Shown one piece after another: positions 30,053 through 40,471 of a DNA stretch of 64,000 bases. The notes beneath the pieces are model-generated. The model saw only the letters and a list, made by a program, of their open reading frames with translations. It was not told the origin of the DNA and did no database searches. The DNA is taken from assembly GCA_963710755.1 (NCBI GenBank), contig CAVQBK010000013.1, forward strand, positions 96,001 to 160,000, written 5' to 3'. This DNA comes from an uncultured bacterium (GTDB lineage: Bacteria > Oederibacteriota > JAAXVQ01 > JAUVAV01). Made by a program: the position numbers and the translations under genes. Every line of letters starts with the position of its first letter. The first letter of the stretch is position 1.

Positions 30053-30814
30053 ATGGACTTGCAATTAAAGGATAAGACCGTTCTTATTACCGGTGCTGCC
30101 AATGGCATTGGACGCGCCACTGCCCAAGCTTTTGGCCGGGAAGGCTGCCGGGTAGTGGTCGTGGACATGGACAGCCAAGGTGGTCAAGAAACCGCCAGGC
30201 TAATCCAGCAGGCCAAGGGAGAGTCCCAGTTCAAACAAGTGGATGTTTGTTCAAGCCAGGAGTTTAAAAACGCCGTGGACTTCACCCTGGAAAATTATGG
30301 TGCCTTGGATGTTTTGGTTAATAATGCCGGTATCGAAGGCGACCAGGCACCTCTCGATCAAAGTACCGAAGCCAATTGGGACAGGGTAATCACCACTAAT
30401 CTCAAGAGTGTTTGGCGGGGCATGAAATTGGTTATTCCTCACATGGTTAAGCAAGGTGGCGGGGCCATTGTCAATGTAGCTTCCGTGGCTGGTTTGGTGG
30501 GATTCACAGGCCTTTCAGCCTATAATGCCTCCAAAGCAGGGATCATCCTGCTGACCAAGACCGTGGCCTTGGAGAACGCCACCATCCCTATTCGTGTTAA
30601 TGCCGTTTGCCCGGGCGTCATCAAAACGCCCATGGTGGAACGCATGACCAAAGGCGATAAAACTTTGGAAGAACAGTTTTCAGCCATGGAACCGGTGAAG
30701 CGCATGGGACTTCCCGAAGAGATCGCCCAAGCCATCGTCTGGCTCAGCAGCGCGTCCGCAAGTTTTGTCACGGGCCACGCCATGGTAGTGGACGGAGGTC
30801 TGACGGCGCAGTAA
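30053..30814 (+). CDS. SDR family oxidoreductase
   Basis: TGAANGIG, NNAG, YNASK, PG, VDGG; GGAGG RBS. Confidence 0.93.
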   Translation: MDLQLKDKTVLITGAANGIGRATAQAFGREGCRVVVVDMDSQGGQETARLIQQAKGESQFKQVDVCSSQEFKNAVDFTLENYGALDVLVNNAGIEGDQAPLDQSTEANWDRVITTNLKSVWRGMKLVIPHMVKQGGGAIVNVASVAGLVGFTGLSAYNASKAGIILLTKTVALENATIPIRVNAVCPGVIKTPMVERMTKGDKTLEEQFSAMEPVKRMGLPEEIAQAIVWLSSASASFVTGHAMVVDGGLTAQ

Positions 30815-30981
30815 GTTCATCACTCCTGTACCCGCTTACCCATTAGGGCTTTAGTACTTATGAAGCAAGGCCATCCAGGCCCCCATGCTCCGGCTTTGCC
30901 CTGAAAGGTGATATGTCTGCACAGCTCTTGAATCGGACGCAAAAAAGCTTTTAAAATTAAAACCACACCTCATTGCTCCCT

Positions 30982-31008
30982 TCAGCACCATTCTACCCCA
31001 TCCGATAA
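30982..31008 (+). promoter_or_regulatory. Sigma-28-like promoter
   Basis: TCAG-N15-TCCGATAA; both boxes identical to those at 11012..11038. Confidence 0.5.
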
Positions 31009-31054
31009 TAGCATTGGCTGTTGCGCCCAAAGACAACGTCCTTTTCCGAGGCAA

Positions 31055-32035
31055 ATGATGGATACTGAAAACCCTATTCAAGAGAACGTATTTTATTATA
31101 ATATTGACATTTCCGGCACCTGCAATCTGCGCTGTCCTTCCTGCCCACGCGGCAATGAACAACAACATCGACACGGCTTTATGGATATAACCTTGTATGA
31201 ATCCATTCTGAAAAAAATCCGTCTTGAAACCACGGCCAAGACCACACACCTGTTTTTGTTCAATTGGGGCGAGCCCACACTCCATCCTCAGCTTCCCAAA
31301 ATGATCGACATGGCTAACCACTACGGATTGCCGCCTTTTATTTCCACTAATTTAGTCCGACCTCTTAATTTAAAATCTATAATTAATGCGCAACCACGGG
31401 CTATTCGCATCTCCCTTTCCGGCATGACGCCGGAAATCTACAACCAGACCCACGTCAATGGCAATCTCTGGCTTTTAAAATCCAATCTATATCAGCTCAA
31501 GGCCCTGATGGAACAACAACCAGCATCCTTTGATGTAGAACTGTGTTATCTTAAGTACAATCATAACATGGGCGCTGATTATCTTCAGGCCAAGGCTTTG
31601 GCCAAAGAGTTGGGTTTTGGCTTCGTGGAGGCTTGGGCTTTTATAATGCCCCTGGAAAAATTATTAAGCTATTACGAGGGTGAAACTGCGCCCGTACAGG
31701 AGCTGGTAGACCGTTTGGTGATTAAACCGGAAGAATTCAAGGAAATCAGCGGCATGATCAAAGATCAGCATACGGACTGTATGTTCCGTGCCCAGCAAAC
31801 AATTATCGATTTTGACGGCAGTGTGCCCCTATGCTGTGCCGTTTATTCGCCTAAAAATTTTATCCATCCCAATTTTCTGGCCGTTACCCAACATGAATTG
31901 CAGGAACTCAAATACAACCATGATCTCTGCCGGCAGTGCATGGCCCACCACGCTCATATCAGTTATGCCTATGGCGCCTCGGAACAATTGGATGCCCTGG
32001 GCAACAGCCGCTCGGGACTTGCGTCGGCCAGGTAG
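31055..32035 (+). CDS. Radical SAM protein with SPASM/twitch-like C-terminus
   Basis: CNLRCPSC, NWGEP, C...DGSVPLCC...CRQC. Confidence 0.85.
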   Translation: MMDTENPIQENVFYYNIDISGTCNLRCPSCPRGNEQQHRHGFMDITLYESILKKIRLETTAKTTHLFLFNWGEPTLHPQLPKMIDMANHYGLPPFISTNLVRPLNLKSIINAQPRAIRISLSGMTPEIYNQTHVNGNLWLLKSNLYQLKALMEQQPASFDVELCYLKYNHNMGADYLQAKALAKELGFGFVEAWAFIMPLEKLLSYYEGETAPVQELVDRLVIKPEEFKEISGMIKDQHTDCMFRAQQTIIDFDGSVPLCCAVYSPKNFIHPNFLAVTQHELQELKYNHDLCRQCMAHHAHISYAYGASEQLDALGNSRSGLASAR

Positions 32036-32156
32036 GCTTTAATTAGCTCCACTACAACCAACTTGACCAATAGGTAATAAAAGGGTTAGTCTAATTGTCT
32101 ACTTTTATGAAAGCAAGGCCGGAAGGATAAAGTACATTCCTGAACAAGGCGGTCTA

Positions 32157-32858
32157 ATGTTGAAAATCCTGGCCCTCTCCGATAAACCTTCCCATCTTTT
32201 AGAATTAAAGCTCGGCAATATGGCTGAAGACCAGCTGGATTTCAATGCGATTTGCAGTTGCGGTGATCTGGACAAAGAATATCTTGATCTGATCACCTTT
32301 AAAGCTCCGGGCCGGTTGTTCTACATTCACGGTAATCACGATCAGGTGAGTACCAGCATGCCCACAGGGCTGGGGCCCGATCAGAATGCCTTGCAGTATA
32401 TGGGTTGGGGCGGTACGGGATTGCATCACCGGGTGGTGGAAGAGCAGGGCTATATTTTCTGCGGGTTCGATGGCGTGCGGTCCGACAACCAGCAGCCCTT
32501 TCATTTCACGGAAAAACAAATGCGCATCTGGGTGCGCCGTACGGCCGCCGCCATTCGCCGCCGGCAATGGCGGGACCGTTTATTGGGCCGGCCGTTAAAG
32601 CCGGTGATTGTACTCTCTCATACCCCGCCTCAAGGCGTGCATGAGGATGGCTCCAGCTATCATGAAGGGTTTAACTGTTTCCACGAGTTTATTCGTCTGG
32701 TCAAGCCCATCCTGTGGCTGCACGGCCACATCCATTTGCAGTCTTTTACCCAAATGCAAACCACCAGAATCGAGGAGACCCTGGTGGTTAATGTTTATGA
32801 ATTTAAAGTGATGACGATCAAGGACAATGACATCGAGGTGGGTTATCAGGTGGGGTAA
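32157..32858 (+). CDS. Metallophosphoesterase (calcineurin-like)
   Basis: LSD, GDLD, GNHD, SHTPP, HGHIH. Confidence 0.88.
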   Translation: MLKILALSDKPSHLLELKLGNMAEDQLDFNAICSCGDLDKEYLDLITFKAPGRLFYIHGNHDQVSTSMPTGLGPDQNALQYMGWGGTGLHHRVVEEQGYIFCGFDGVRSDNQQPFHFTEKQMRIWVRRTAAAIRRRQWRDRLLGRPLKPVIVLSHTPPQGVHEDGSSYHEGFNCFHEFIRLVKPILWLHGHIHLQSFTQMQTTRIEETLVVNVYEFKVMTIKDNDIEVGYQVG

Positions 32859-32900
32859 AGCAAATTCTAATATTTGCAGAACCTGCTTTCGATATTTGAA

Positions 32901-33711
32901 TTAATAACCAACAGCGATCCAATTAAACTTTCCAATGACTGGCATTCCTATGACTGTAAATTTAATTTTGGTCGGTGCACTGGATAGCTTTATACTGGCT
33001 GAATCTCCGCTAGCTTGACAATAAACGACAGGTACTTGGGTGAAACTGTTTGTTGGAAAAACAAAAGTTGCGATAAAATTTGAAAGAAGACCCCCCGCCA
33101 CTAATAATTTTTGTATTATCTGTTTATTGACATACTATTAATATAAACTGTGGGCACCCAAAGTGCGTGCGCTTGGTTTATAGATCCATCAGCAATGAGA
33201 TTCATCCGTTGAGGTAAGATATTGTGAAGCAGTAACATTGCCAATTTATCAGCATTGGCGGCATTATCGGCATTATCGGCACTATCGGCATTATCAGCCT
33301 GTGTTGCATTCTCAGCTGAATCAGCATGATGGATGATTTGGCCTGCATGGCATAAGGTACACCCACCAATTGTACCCGTGGTGTCATCTCAGCATCTGTT
33401 GCCACACGGATTCCTAAATATAAGGATTTGGAAAAATCTACGCCCGAGAGGTCCAGCTTATTGGTTCCTGCTCCAATAATCGTATTAAAAAAACCTTCTT
33501 TAGTGGTTACCGGATTGATGTCCTGCCATAGCACATTACCAGCCTCCGGTGCATCATAAATGGTAAAGGTTACTGAATATTCCCCATCTACAATTGACGA
33601 TCCGTCCTGCTTGGTCAAGCGGCCCTGGTAATTAAATTGAGCAGGAACATCAGCAATAGCTGCCCCACTTGCAGCTGAACACAATAATGCTAAAATTAGT
33701 ATTTTTTTCAT
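32901..33711 (-). pseudogene. Frameshifted secreted tail-fibre-like surface protein, copy 2
   Basis: Signal peptide, VPAQFNYQGRL...EMTPRVQLVGVPYAM. The reading continues in other frames as ADN repeats, IADGSI and a C-terminal domain ending FNWIAVGY. Confidence 0.6.
33248..33298. repeat. Degenerate 9-bp tandem repeat (tatcggcat) encoding A-D-N/S repeats
   Basis: gcattatcggcattatcggcactatcggcattatcagc. Confidence 0.7.
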
Positions 33712-33746
33712 AATATTCCTCCGCTTTCGAAATCTTTTACCTTTAA

Positions 33747-34593
33747 TTAAAATAAAATCCATGCTATCCATTGAAAATCCCTTGATGCTGGCTGGACATT
33801 TAAAATATCACCTGAAAAAGTGTGTACTGTGTATACCCTTGCAGTTCTTCCATATTCGTGAATAACATATATGAAATCTGATAAAGGACCACTACCAATA
33901 AGTGTTACCAACAATTGATGATTGTTAGTAGGCACAGTAATTGTTGCTAAACCATTAGTATTGTTTGGCCTTGGCCGGCTGCGATTCTCGGGTAATTTCT
34001 TTGCACCCCTAAATAAAAATAAGTTGGAAATGTTGGTGCTTTATCCTGAGTGACTGCATTATCAGCAATACACCAAGCTGTCACTGTATTAGAAATATCC
34101 TGAAAATAATGGACAGCAACCTGATTGCTTAACTTGTCGGCATTGGTCGATGGGTGGCACTAGTAACATTGGTCGCATGGTCCGCATGGACGGCATCGGT
34201 AGCCGTCTCGGCATGAACCGCACTTTGGGCCAGCATGGCATAAATGGCTTTGGATCGCGAAGCGTGGGGTCATTTCCAATCACCATTAACCGCCATGCCG
34301 ATATAAAGCTGCTGGTCAAAATCCACCCCTGTCAAAGGTGTGGTGCCTGAGCCGAGGGTCACATTGAAATAACCGCTATTAGTGGTGATATCAAAGGTGT
34401 CCTCCCAAAGAGCCGTACCCGCTGATTCAACGTTATACAAACTGAAATGAATGGAATACTGATTGTCCGCAACCGGCGTGCCGTCGGGCTGAGTCAAACG
34501 GGACTGAAATCCCAGGGTGGACGGCACAGCGGCCAAGGCCGTGGCTGTCAGCAGGCTCGCTCCCAGCAGCAACAGCAGCACAATTTTTCTCAT
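33747..34593 (-). pseudogene. Frameshifted secreted tail-fibre-like surface protein, copy 1
   Basis: Signal peptide, VPSTLGFQSRL...; a frameshift near 34275 interrupts EMTPR. Out-of-frame YAMLAQSAVHAETA.., TNADKL and a C-terminal FQWIA segment follow. Confidence 0.6.
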
Positions 34594-34867
34594 AGGATGG
34601 CTCCATTAAATTTTATCAAAGGTTTAGCAACATTAAGAAAGAGTGATAGATAATGTTACTATCAATGCGAGTCGGCTAAAGGTATTAGGCACCATCTGTC
34701 TGTCCCCACAGGCCAATGGGCTTAGCCAGCCAACCCTTCCCTCCAGGAGTTGATAGTGTGTTGAGGTGGCTATAACAGTACCATTCCCAACAAATACTGT
34801 CAATTTTTTCCTGTAATTCAAGAGCCCCTTAAGTCCTGCCCAAGGTCTCTTTACCATCAAATGGTGA

Positions 34868-34896
34868 TTGACTTTTCTTGCGGTCAGGCATAGCTT
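34868..34896 (+). promoter_or_regulatory. Sigma-70-like promoter
   Basis: TTGACT-N17-TAGCTT upstream of 34944. Confidence 0.45.
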
Positions 34897-34943
34897 AAAG
34901 CTTAAGAAACATCCTAAATTGCACCAGGAAGGAGACTGCTGCC

Positions 34944-35495
34944 ATGAACAAGAAAACTGGTTTAAGTGCCCTAGTGGTCATGCTCTTATTTTTAACCTCT
35001 TGTGCCAAGGCTCCGCTTAAGGAAAAAGCTGCTGCCGAGCAGGCCCGGATGGCCGCCCTGGCGGCGGATGCCCAGCGCTATGCCGAGGCCACCATGACTT
35101 CAGCTCGGAAGCTTTGGGATCAGGCTGAAACTTCACTCAAACAAAAACAATATCGAGCTGCCAAAGCCGCTTTTCGCGCCGCGCGTCAGTCCTATGACAA
35201 AGCAGCCATGCTGGTGAGTCAAAACAAAGAAGTTATGGTTAACGCCATTAAAGAAGGCGTGGATGAAGCCGATCAGGATTGGCAGACACTCAACCAAAAA
35301 ATGGATCAAACCGGAAAACGATTATCCAAAGACCTTAAAAAAGCCTGGAAGGATGACCAGCTGATGGTCCGGACTGCATTGCAATCAGCCCATGCCTTTT
35401 TAAAAGACCAGGATCCCTTGGATGCTCGGCAACAGCTCAACAATGCCAAGACCTTGATTGAAAAATGGAAGAAATTATTGAAAAGCAAACTTTAA
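34944..35495 (+). CDS. Helical lipoprotein (DUF4398-like)
   Basis: Lipobox LTSC; Ala-rich helical repeats (AQRYA...A..L..A). Confidence 0.6.
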   Translation: MNKKTGLSALVVMLLFLTSCAKAPLKEKAAAEQARMAALAADAQRYAEATMTSARKLWDQAETSLKQKQYRAAKAAFRAARQSYDKAAMLVSQNKEVMVNAIKEGVDEADQDWQTLNQKMDQTGKRLSKDLKKAWKDDQLMVRTALQSAHAFLKDQDPLDARQQLNNAKTLIEKWKKLLKSKL

Positions 35496-35504
35496 GCGCC
35501 TGAC

Positions 35505-36608
35505 TCATACCTTCCAATCCAGTTTAAGGTTGATATGAAACACGGCCATGATCCAAACAATTAAATTGACCACGATCCATATGGGCGAGTAAATGAAATA
35601 AAAGAAGATGTAGCCGAGAAAATTGAATTTAAATTTAAAATACCGGGCAAAGCCATAGTGCAGCCCGGCGGACATGACCAGGGCGATGACCGTAGGCAGC
35701 GCGCCATCCACAATCACCAGGTGATAATGGGTGATCCATAGAAAAATACCGGCAAAGCCATGAAAATACTGGGCAATCATGAAGATAAATGGCAACAGTA
35801 CCATTAATTGAGCGCGGCGCAATACCTCAAACACGCTTCCAATAATCACAAAAGGCAACAGTACCAAAAGCAAGGGGACAATCAGACGCGGGCTGCCAAA
35901 GACGTGGGTAACGAAATACAAAAAATGATTTTTAACCCAGTAAAGGTTGTTCATGGCCCAACGCTTACGCTGACGCATCCAGTCATTCAAGGTCACAGGA
36001 ACCTCATTGAGCACTTTCAAGGCCGGCTCATAGCCAAATCGGGCCCGTTTGCGAAATGCCCGGGCCGCGAAATCCATGTCTTCATTGACCACTGCACGAA
36101 AGCCTTCCAATTTTTCAAACCATTTTTTCCTGACCGCAAAAGCAGCACCATTCATGGAAGGACAGCGCCTACCGAGCCTGGCAAACAGCCAGGTGGCAAT
36201 GGCAAATTCCAAAAATTCATAGCTTACCATGGTGGAAAGGGGCGAAGTGACCACCGCTTCCTTGGGAATTTCAGCCAGGTCGTGATTAAGCATATGCTGG
36301 TTGAGCCGGTGCAGAAAACGTTTGTCATCATTTAATAGAATGTCATTGTCCAAAAACAGTAACACGTCCGTTTTGGCGGTCATGCCCAGCTGATTGAGCG
36401 TGGCGACCTTGCCCAGATGCGCTTGATTGAGATGTACGGTAATTTGGTCGCGAAACGGCGTCAGCGCCCGGCTGATGGCTTCGGTCTGTTCCCCATCGAC
36501 AGCCACAATAATTTCCTTGTCCATATAGTCATTGGCCACCAGCTTGGCCAGCATATCCTGCAGACGTTTGGGTTGGCGGTAAACCGGAATAATGACCGTA
36601 ATCTTCAT
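35505..36608 (-). CDS. Glycosyltransferase family 2 with C-terminal TM helices
   Basis: IIPVY, DND, NEDMD, QRKRW processive-type motif. Confidence 0.88.
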   Translation of the reverse strand: MKITVIIPVYRQPKRLQDMLAKLVANDYMDKEIIVAVDGEQTEAISRALTPFRDQITVHLNQAHLGKVATLNQLGMTAKTDVLLFLDNDILLNDDKRFLHRLNQHMLNHDLAEIPKEAVVTSPLSTMVSYEFLEFAIATWLFARLGRRCPSMNGAAFAVRKKWFEKLEGFRAVVNEDMDFAARAFRKRARFGYEPALKVLNEVPVTLNDWMRQRKRWAMNNLYWVKNHFLYFVTHVFGSPRLIVPLLLVLLPFVIIGSVFEVLRRAQLMVLLPFIFMIAQYFHGFAGIFLWITHYHLVIVDGALPTVIALVMSAGLHYGFARYFKFKFNFLGYIFFYFIYSPIWIVVNLIVWIMAVFHINLKLDWKV

Positions 36609-37933
36609 AGGCCCTGTTCAATCCCTTGTCGAATCAATTCCCCATACCAATGAGCGCTGGCTTTAAGCAGACGCTGTTGTTGGGGGGCGTCATTATATAC
36701 GATACCGAACCGTTTACTCAATCCATAAGACCATTCAAAATTGTCCATCCAGGACCAGACATAATAGCCTTTAATCCGCACCCCGGCCCGGCGTGCGCGG
36801 CGCATGGCCTGAATATGTTCTGAAAGAAAGTCAATTCTGGCCCGGTCTTCCACCAGGCCATCCTGAACCTGGTCCTCAAAAGCAGCTCCATTTTCGGTAA
36901 CATAGATCAATGGGTGTTTGTAAGTCCGGTCCAGCCAATGCAGCAGGTCCGCCAAACCCTGAGGATAAATGGGCCAACCCATGGCGGTTCGGGGTAAGGT
37001 TCTGGAGGACAGCACTGCATCAGCCGAGGGGACGACACGGCCAAGTCCCGGCTTTACCAAGGGCATGTAATAATTCACCCCTAAAAAGTCGAGGGGCTTG
37101 GCTATCAGCTCAAGATCACGTTGCAGCCGCCCTGCCGTAAGCAGGTTCATAAAAGCCTGATAGGGCGCAGGATAACGGCCGTGATAAACAGGGTCCATAA
37201 ATAACCGGTTGACACTGTGATGGACCCAGCCGCTTTCCACCATGCGACGATGTCCGGCCTTATAAACCGGATTAAAACAATTGACCAAGCCCACCTGCAA
37301 GTCTTGGTCATGACTTTTGATAGCTGCCCTGGCTTTGGCATGAGCCAAGAGAAGAAAATGGCATGCTCGCAAAGCTTTGATGGGATTTTTAAAACCCGGG
37401 GCGTGCTTGCCAGAGATATACCCGTGGGTCATGATCGTGGCCGGTTCATTGATAGTGGTCCACAGCCGGACCCGGTCGCCCAGGCTTTTCACCATCAGGG
37501 CGGCATACTCGGCAAAGCGTTCGGTGGTATCACGCGCCAGCCAGCCCCCCTTCTGCTCCAGGGCCTGCGGCAGATCCCAATGGTAAAGGGTGATCATGGG
37601 CACCAGCTGATGTTTCAGCAGGGTATCCACCAACTGCTTATAAAAATCCAGGCCTTTGTGATTGACAGGTCCCTGGCCTTGAGGAAAAACACGCGGCCAG
37701 CTTATGGAAAAACGATAGGAATTCAGCCCCAACGCAGCCATCATGGCCACATCCTGTTCAACGCGGTGATAATGATCGCAAGTCACCCGTCCGCTGGTGC
37801 CATCCTTTATTTTACCAGGACGATCGCAAAATGTATCCCAAATGGAAAGGCCCTTGCCGTCTTCATTCCAAGCGCCTTCGATCTGATAAGCCGAGGTGGC
37901 GGTGCCCCACAAAAACTCATGCTGTTCATTCAT
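36605..37933 (-). CDS. GH1 beta-glucosidase
   Basis: FLWGTATSAYQIEG, TINEP, VTENG, WSWMDNFEW. Confidence 0.95.
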   Translation of the reverse strand: MNEQHEFLWGTATSAYQIEGAWNEDGKGLSIWDTFCDRPGKIKDGTSGRVTCDHYHRVEQDVAMMAALGLNSYRFSISWPRVFPQGQGPVNHKGLDFYKQLVDTLLKHQLVPMITLYHWDLPQALEQKGGWLARDTTERFAEYAALMVKSLGDRVRLWTTINEPATIMTHGYISGKHAPGFKNPIKALRACHFLLLAHAKARAAIKSHDQDLQVGLVNCFNPVYKAGHRRMVESGWVHHSVNRLFMDPVYHGRYPAPYQAFMNLLTAGRLQRDLELIAKPLDFLGVNYYMPLVKPGLGRVVPSADAVLSSRTLPRTAMGWPIYPQGLADLLHWLDRTYKHPLIYVTENGAAFEDQVQDGLVEDRARIDFLSEHIQAMRRARRAGVRIKGYYVWSWMDNFEWSYGLSKRFGIVYNDAPQQQRLLKASAHWYGELIRQGIEQGL

Positions 37934-37947
37934 GATCGATCGCGCTC

Positions 37948-39774
37948 CTAGGCTCCGGCCGAAGCCTTCCCCATGTCCGATTGTTCCTGCTGCAAGCCTC
38001 CATGTTTTTGGGCGAGGGTTTCAATTTCACGGCGGTAACGTTGATAGTCAGGGGATTGGGCAGGGGTGTAATTGAAATTTTTATACAAACCGGTAAGTCG
38101 TATGAAAAAGTCCCTGGCCTTCTCCTTACTTTCAAAGCTATATTCGCGGTCAAGGATGGTTTTTAATAAGGTGAAACTTTCTCTCTGCCGTTCCTGGCTC
38201 ACGGACACATCCACCTCATCAAAAGCATCCTGCTGCAAGTAAACCATATCCAGCAGCAGCGCTTTTTGATAGACCACATAATCTTCAATACTGATCCCCT
38301 CTTCCCCGCTGACTTGCATCATTTGATTAATCCCATCGCCCTGATGAATCAGGTCCTGAAAACGATGGACATCCTCCATCCAGGTCGGCCCATAGTGGTC
38401 GTCGTACCACTTGTCCAGCTGGTCAAAATAGCGTGACCAGGAGATCAACGGGTCAATGGCCGGATAATAACGGCGATAAGCCCGATCCGCACTGAGGCCC
38501 AGAAAAGTTTTCACCGTAGCCAGCGTGGCCTGCGTGACCGGTTCATCAAAATTGCCTCCGGCCGGGGAAACGGTGCCGATCATGGTCAGACTTCCGTTGC
38601 GGTTGTCCTCGTTCTCGATAATGCCGGCCCGCTCGTAGATGCTTTTAATGTTGGAATCCAAGTAAGCGGGAAAAGCCTCTTCGCCCGGAATTTCTTCCAT
38701 GCGCCCCGAGGTCTCCCGCAGAGCCTGGGCCCACCGGCTCGTGGAATCGGCAATCAACAACACGTGATACCCCATTTGCCGATAATATTCGCCCAGCGTC
38801 ATGCCCGTATAGATCGAAGATTCCCGCGCGGCCACAGGCATGGCGGAGGTGTTGCAGATAATGATGGTTCGGTCCATGAGCGAACCACCGGTTTTGGGAT
38901 CTTTCATCTGGGGATATTCGGTGATGGTCTCCACCACTTCGCCGGCCCGCTCACCGCAGGCCACAATAATCACAATGTCCACGGAGGCGTGACGGGCAAT
39001 CAGACCTTGGAGCACGGTTTTACCTGCTCCAAAAGGCCCGGGAATGCAGGCGGTACCGCCGCGGGCGATGGGATAAAACGTATCAATAATACGCTGGGTG
39101 GTGGTCATGGGTTCAGAAGGATAAAGCCGTCGGGCCAGCCGTTTATCCAGCAATGCTTCCGACAGGGGCTTGCGCACCGGCCAGCGCTGGACCATGGTCA
39201 AAGCGAGTTCTTGTTGGTCCTCGGTTTTGAGCCAGGCTATAGGCGTCTCAATAGTGTAGGCACCGTGTAAAATACGGATGACCTGGGCCTGGCCGGTCAA
39301 ATCATTGGACGCCATAATATAATGTCGAAAGGGACCTTCAGGCACATACCCGATGACCTGACCTGCCCTGACCTGATCACCGGCCTGAACCACGGGGGTA
39401 AAGGTCCAGGTTTTTTCATGATCCAAGGGCAGCACCCTTACCCCGCGGGGCAGAAAAAAACCATGGTCGCGGGCAATGTCAGCCAGCGGTTTCTGCAGGC
39501 CGTCATAGACCTGTCCCAGCAGGCCCGGTCCCAGGGAGACCGACAGCAACTCACTGGTCAGTTCCACCCGGTCACCAACTTTGATCCCGCCCGTATCCTC
39601 AAACACCTGCATATCCGCGTGTCGCCCTTCCACCCGCAGCACCTCTGCCATCAGCCGTTCCTGACCAACCAGAATATAGCCCACCTCGTTTTTCTTGATG
39701 GGACCATTCTCTGCTTCAATGGTAACCAGATTCTCGCGTACGGCAATTACCCGCGCTCGGGTAGCCTCGGACAT
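37948..39774 (-). CDS. atpA: V/A-type ATP synthase subunit A (NtpA)
   Basis: GPFGAGKT, CGERAGE, PVAARE, DSTSRWAQA, PGEEAFPAYL. Confidence 0.95.
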   Translation of the reverse strand: MSEATRARVIAVRENLVTIEAENGPIKKNEVGYILVGQERLMAEVLRVEGRHADMQVFEDTGGIKVGDRVELTSELLSVSLGPGLLGQVYDGLQKPLADIARDHGFFLPRGVRVLPLDHEKTWTFTPVVQAGDQVRAGQVIGYVPEGPFRHYIMASNDLTGQAQVIRILHGAYTIETPIAWLKTEDQQELALTMVQRWPVRKPLSEALLDKRLARRLYPSEPMTTTQRIIDTFYPIARGGTACIPGPFGAGKTVLQGLIARHASVDIVIIVACGERAGEVVETITEYPQMKDPKTGGSLMDRTIIICNTSAMPVAARESSIYTGMTLGEYYRQMGYHVLLIADSTSRWAQALRETSGRMEEIPGEEAFPAYLDSNIKSIYERAGIIENEDNRNGSLTMIGTVSPAGGNFDEPVTQATLATVKTFLGLSADRAYRRYYPAIDPLISWSRYFDQLDKWYDDHYGPTWMEDVHRFQDLIHQGDGINQMMQVSGEEGISIEDYVVYQKALLLDMVYLQQDAFDEVDVSVSQERQRESFTLLKTILDREYSFESKEKARDFFIRLTGLYKNFNYTPAQSPDYQRYRREIETLAQKHGGLQQEQSDMGKASAGA

Positions 39775-39787
39775 TCTAATGCCCGGC

Positions 39788-40465
39788 TTAGACGAATGCT
39801 TGTCCACCGATGGCCTCCTCAACCAGCAATTTAAACCGCTCCTGCGCAGGCCCAGCCTGATAAGAGAGCCAGCGCTCTATAATATCCCACTTAAACAAAT
39901 AAGCCAGCAACGCCTGTAAGTTAAACGTGTTGAACGTCACCAGTTGCGACACATTTTCCCAAATGAGCGACAACAGCACATGCTCCAACTCATAAGTTTC
40001 CGCCCTGTCCATCCTCTGCTTCAGGTCCTTGACCGCGGGAAAAAGATGATCCAGGTGAAAATAGGGTTCCTGCCAGTGACGCGCAATGATTCCCACCCAT
40101 TCCCCCACGCCCCAGAGTTCTTCCGGTCTAGGCGCCGGTCTGCCCAGATAGCGGCGGCGCAACGCGGTCATCAGGGTACGGAGATTGACCCGGAAAGTTA
40201 CCATAGCACGCAAGGCCGGGTTGGTCACCGCGGCCATCATGTTGGCATAGTGGTGAATCATGTCCCGATCCGTCCGTTCCAGAGGATGCCGTTGCCAGCG
40301 CAGAAAATTATGGGTCACCTCTACAATCACCTGGTCTTTAGGATCAAGCATGCGCAGTCTTTCCCTCAGCCTCAAGGCGCTGATCGGCAGCCGTTCCACC
40401 TGATCAAAAGGCGGCAGAAAAGGCAGGCTGGCCATGAGGGTGTAGAACGGATTAACCGGACTCAT
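39788..40465 (-). CDS. DUF2764 family V-ATPase-associated protein (subunit C-like)
   Basis: YTLMASLP N-terminus, ALLAY..KW.I..RW; lies between subunits E and A. Confidence 0.75.
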   Translation of the reverse strand: MSPVNPFYTLMASLPFLPPFDQVERLPISALRLRERLRMLDPKDQVIVEVTHNFLRWQRHPLERTDRDMIHHYANMMAAVTNPALRAMVTFRVNLRTLMTALRRRYLGRPAPRPEELWGVGEWVGIIARHWQEPYFHLDHLFPAVKDLKQRMDRAETYELEHVLLSLIWENVSQLVTFNTFNLQALLAYLFKWDIIERWLSYQAGPAQERFKLLVEEAIGGQAFV

Positions 40466-40471
40466 GACCGG

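Noticed and set aside
32901-34593. Diversity-generating retroelement, shufflon or prophage
   Set aside because: No reverse transcriptase, recombinase, template/variable repeat pair or phage structural genes in the window. The proteins carry signal peptides.
34670-34750. SAM-I or c-di-GMP riboswitch
   Set aside because: Only fragments match (ggaggga, ggtgcctaatacc). The core SAM-I AUC..GAG/GCAACC arrangement and the c-di-GMP GCAAA/GAAA elements are missing.
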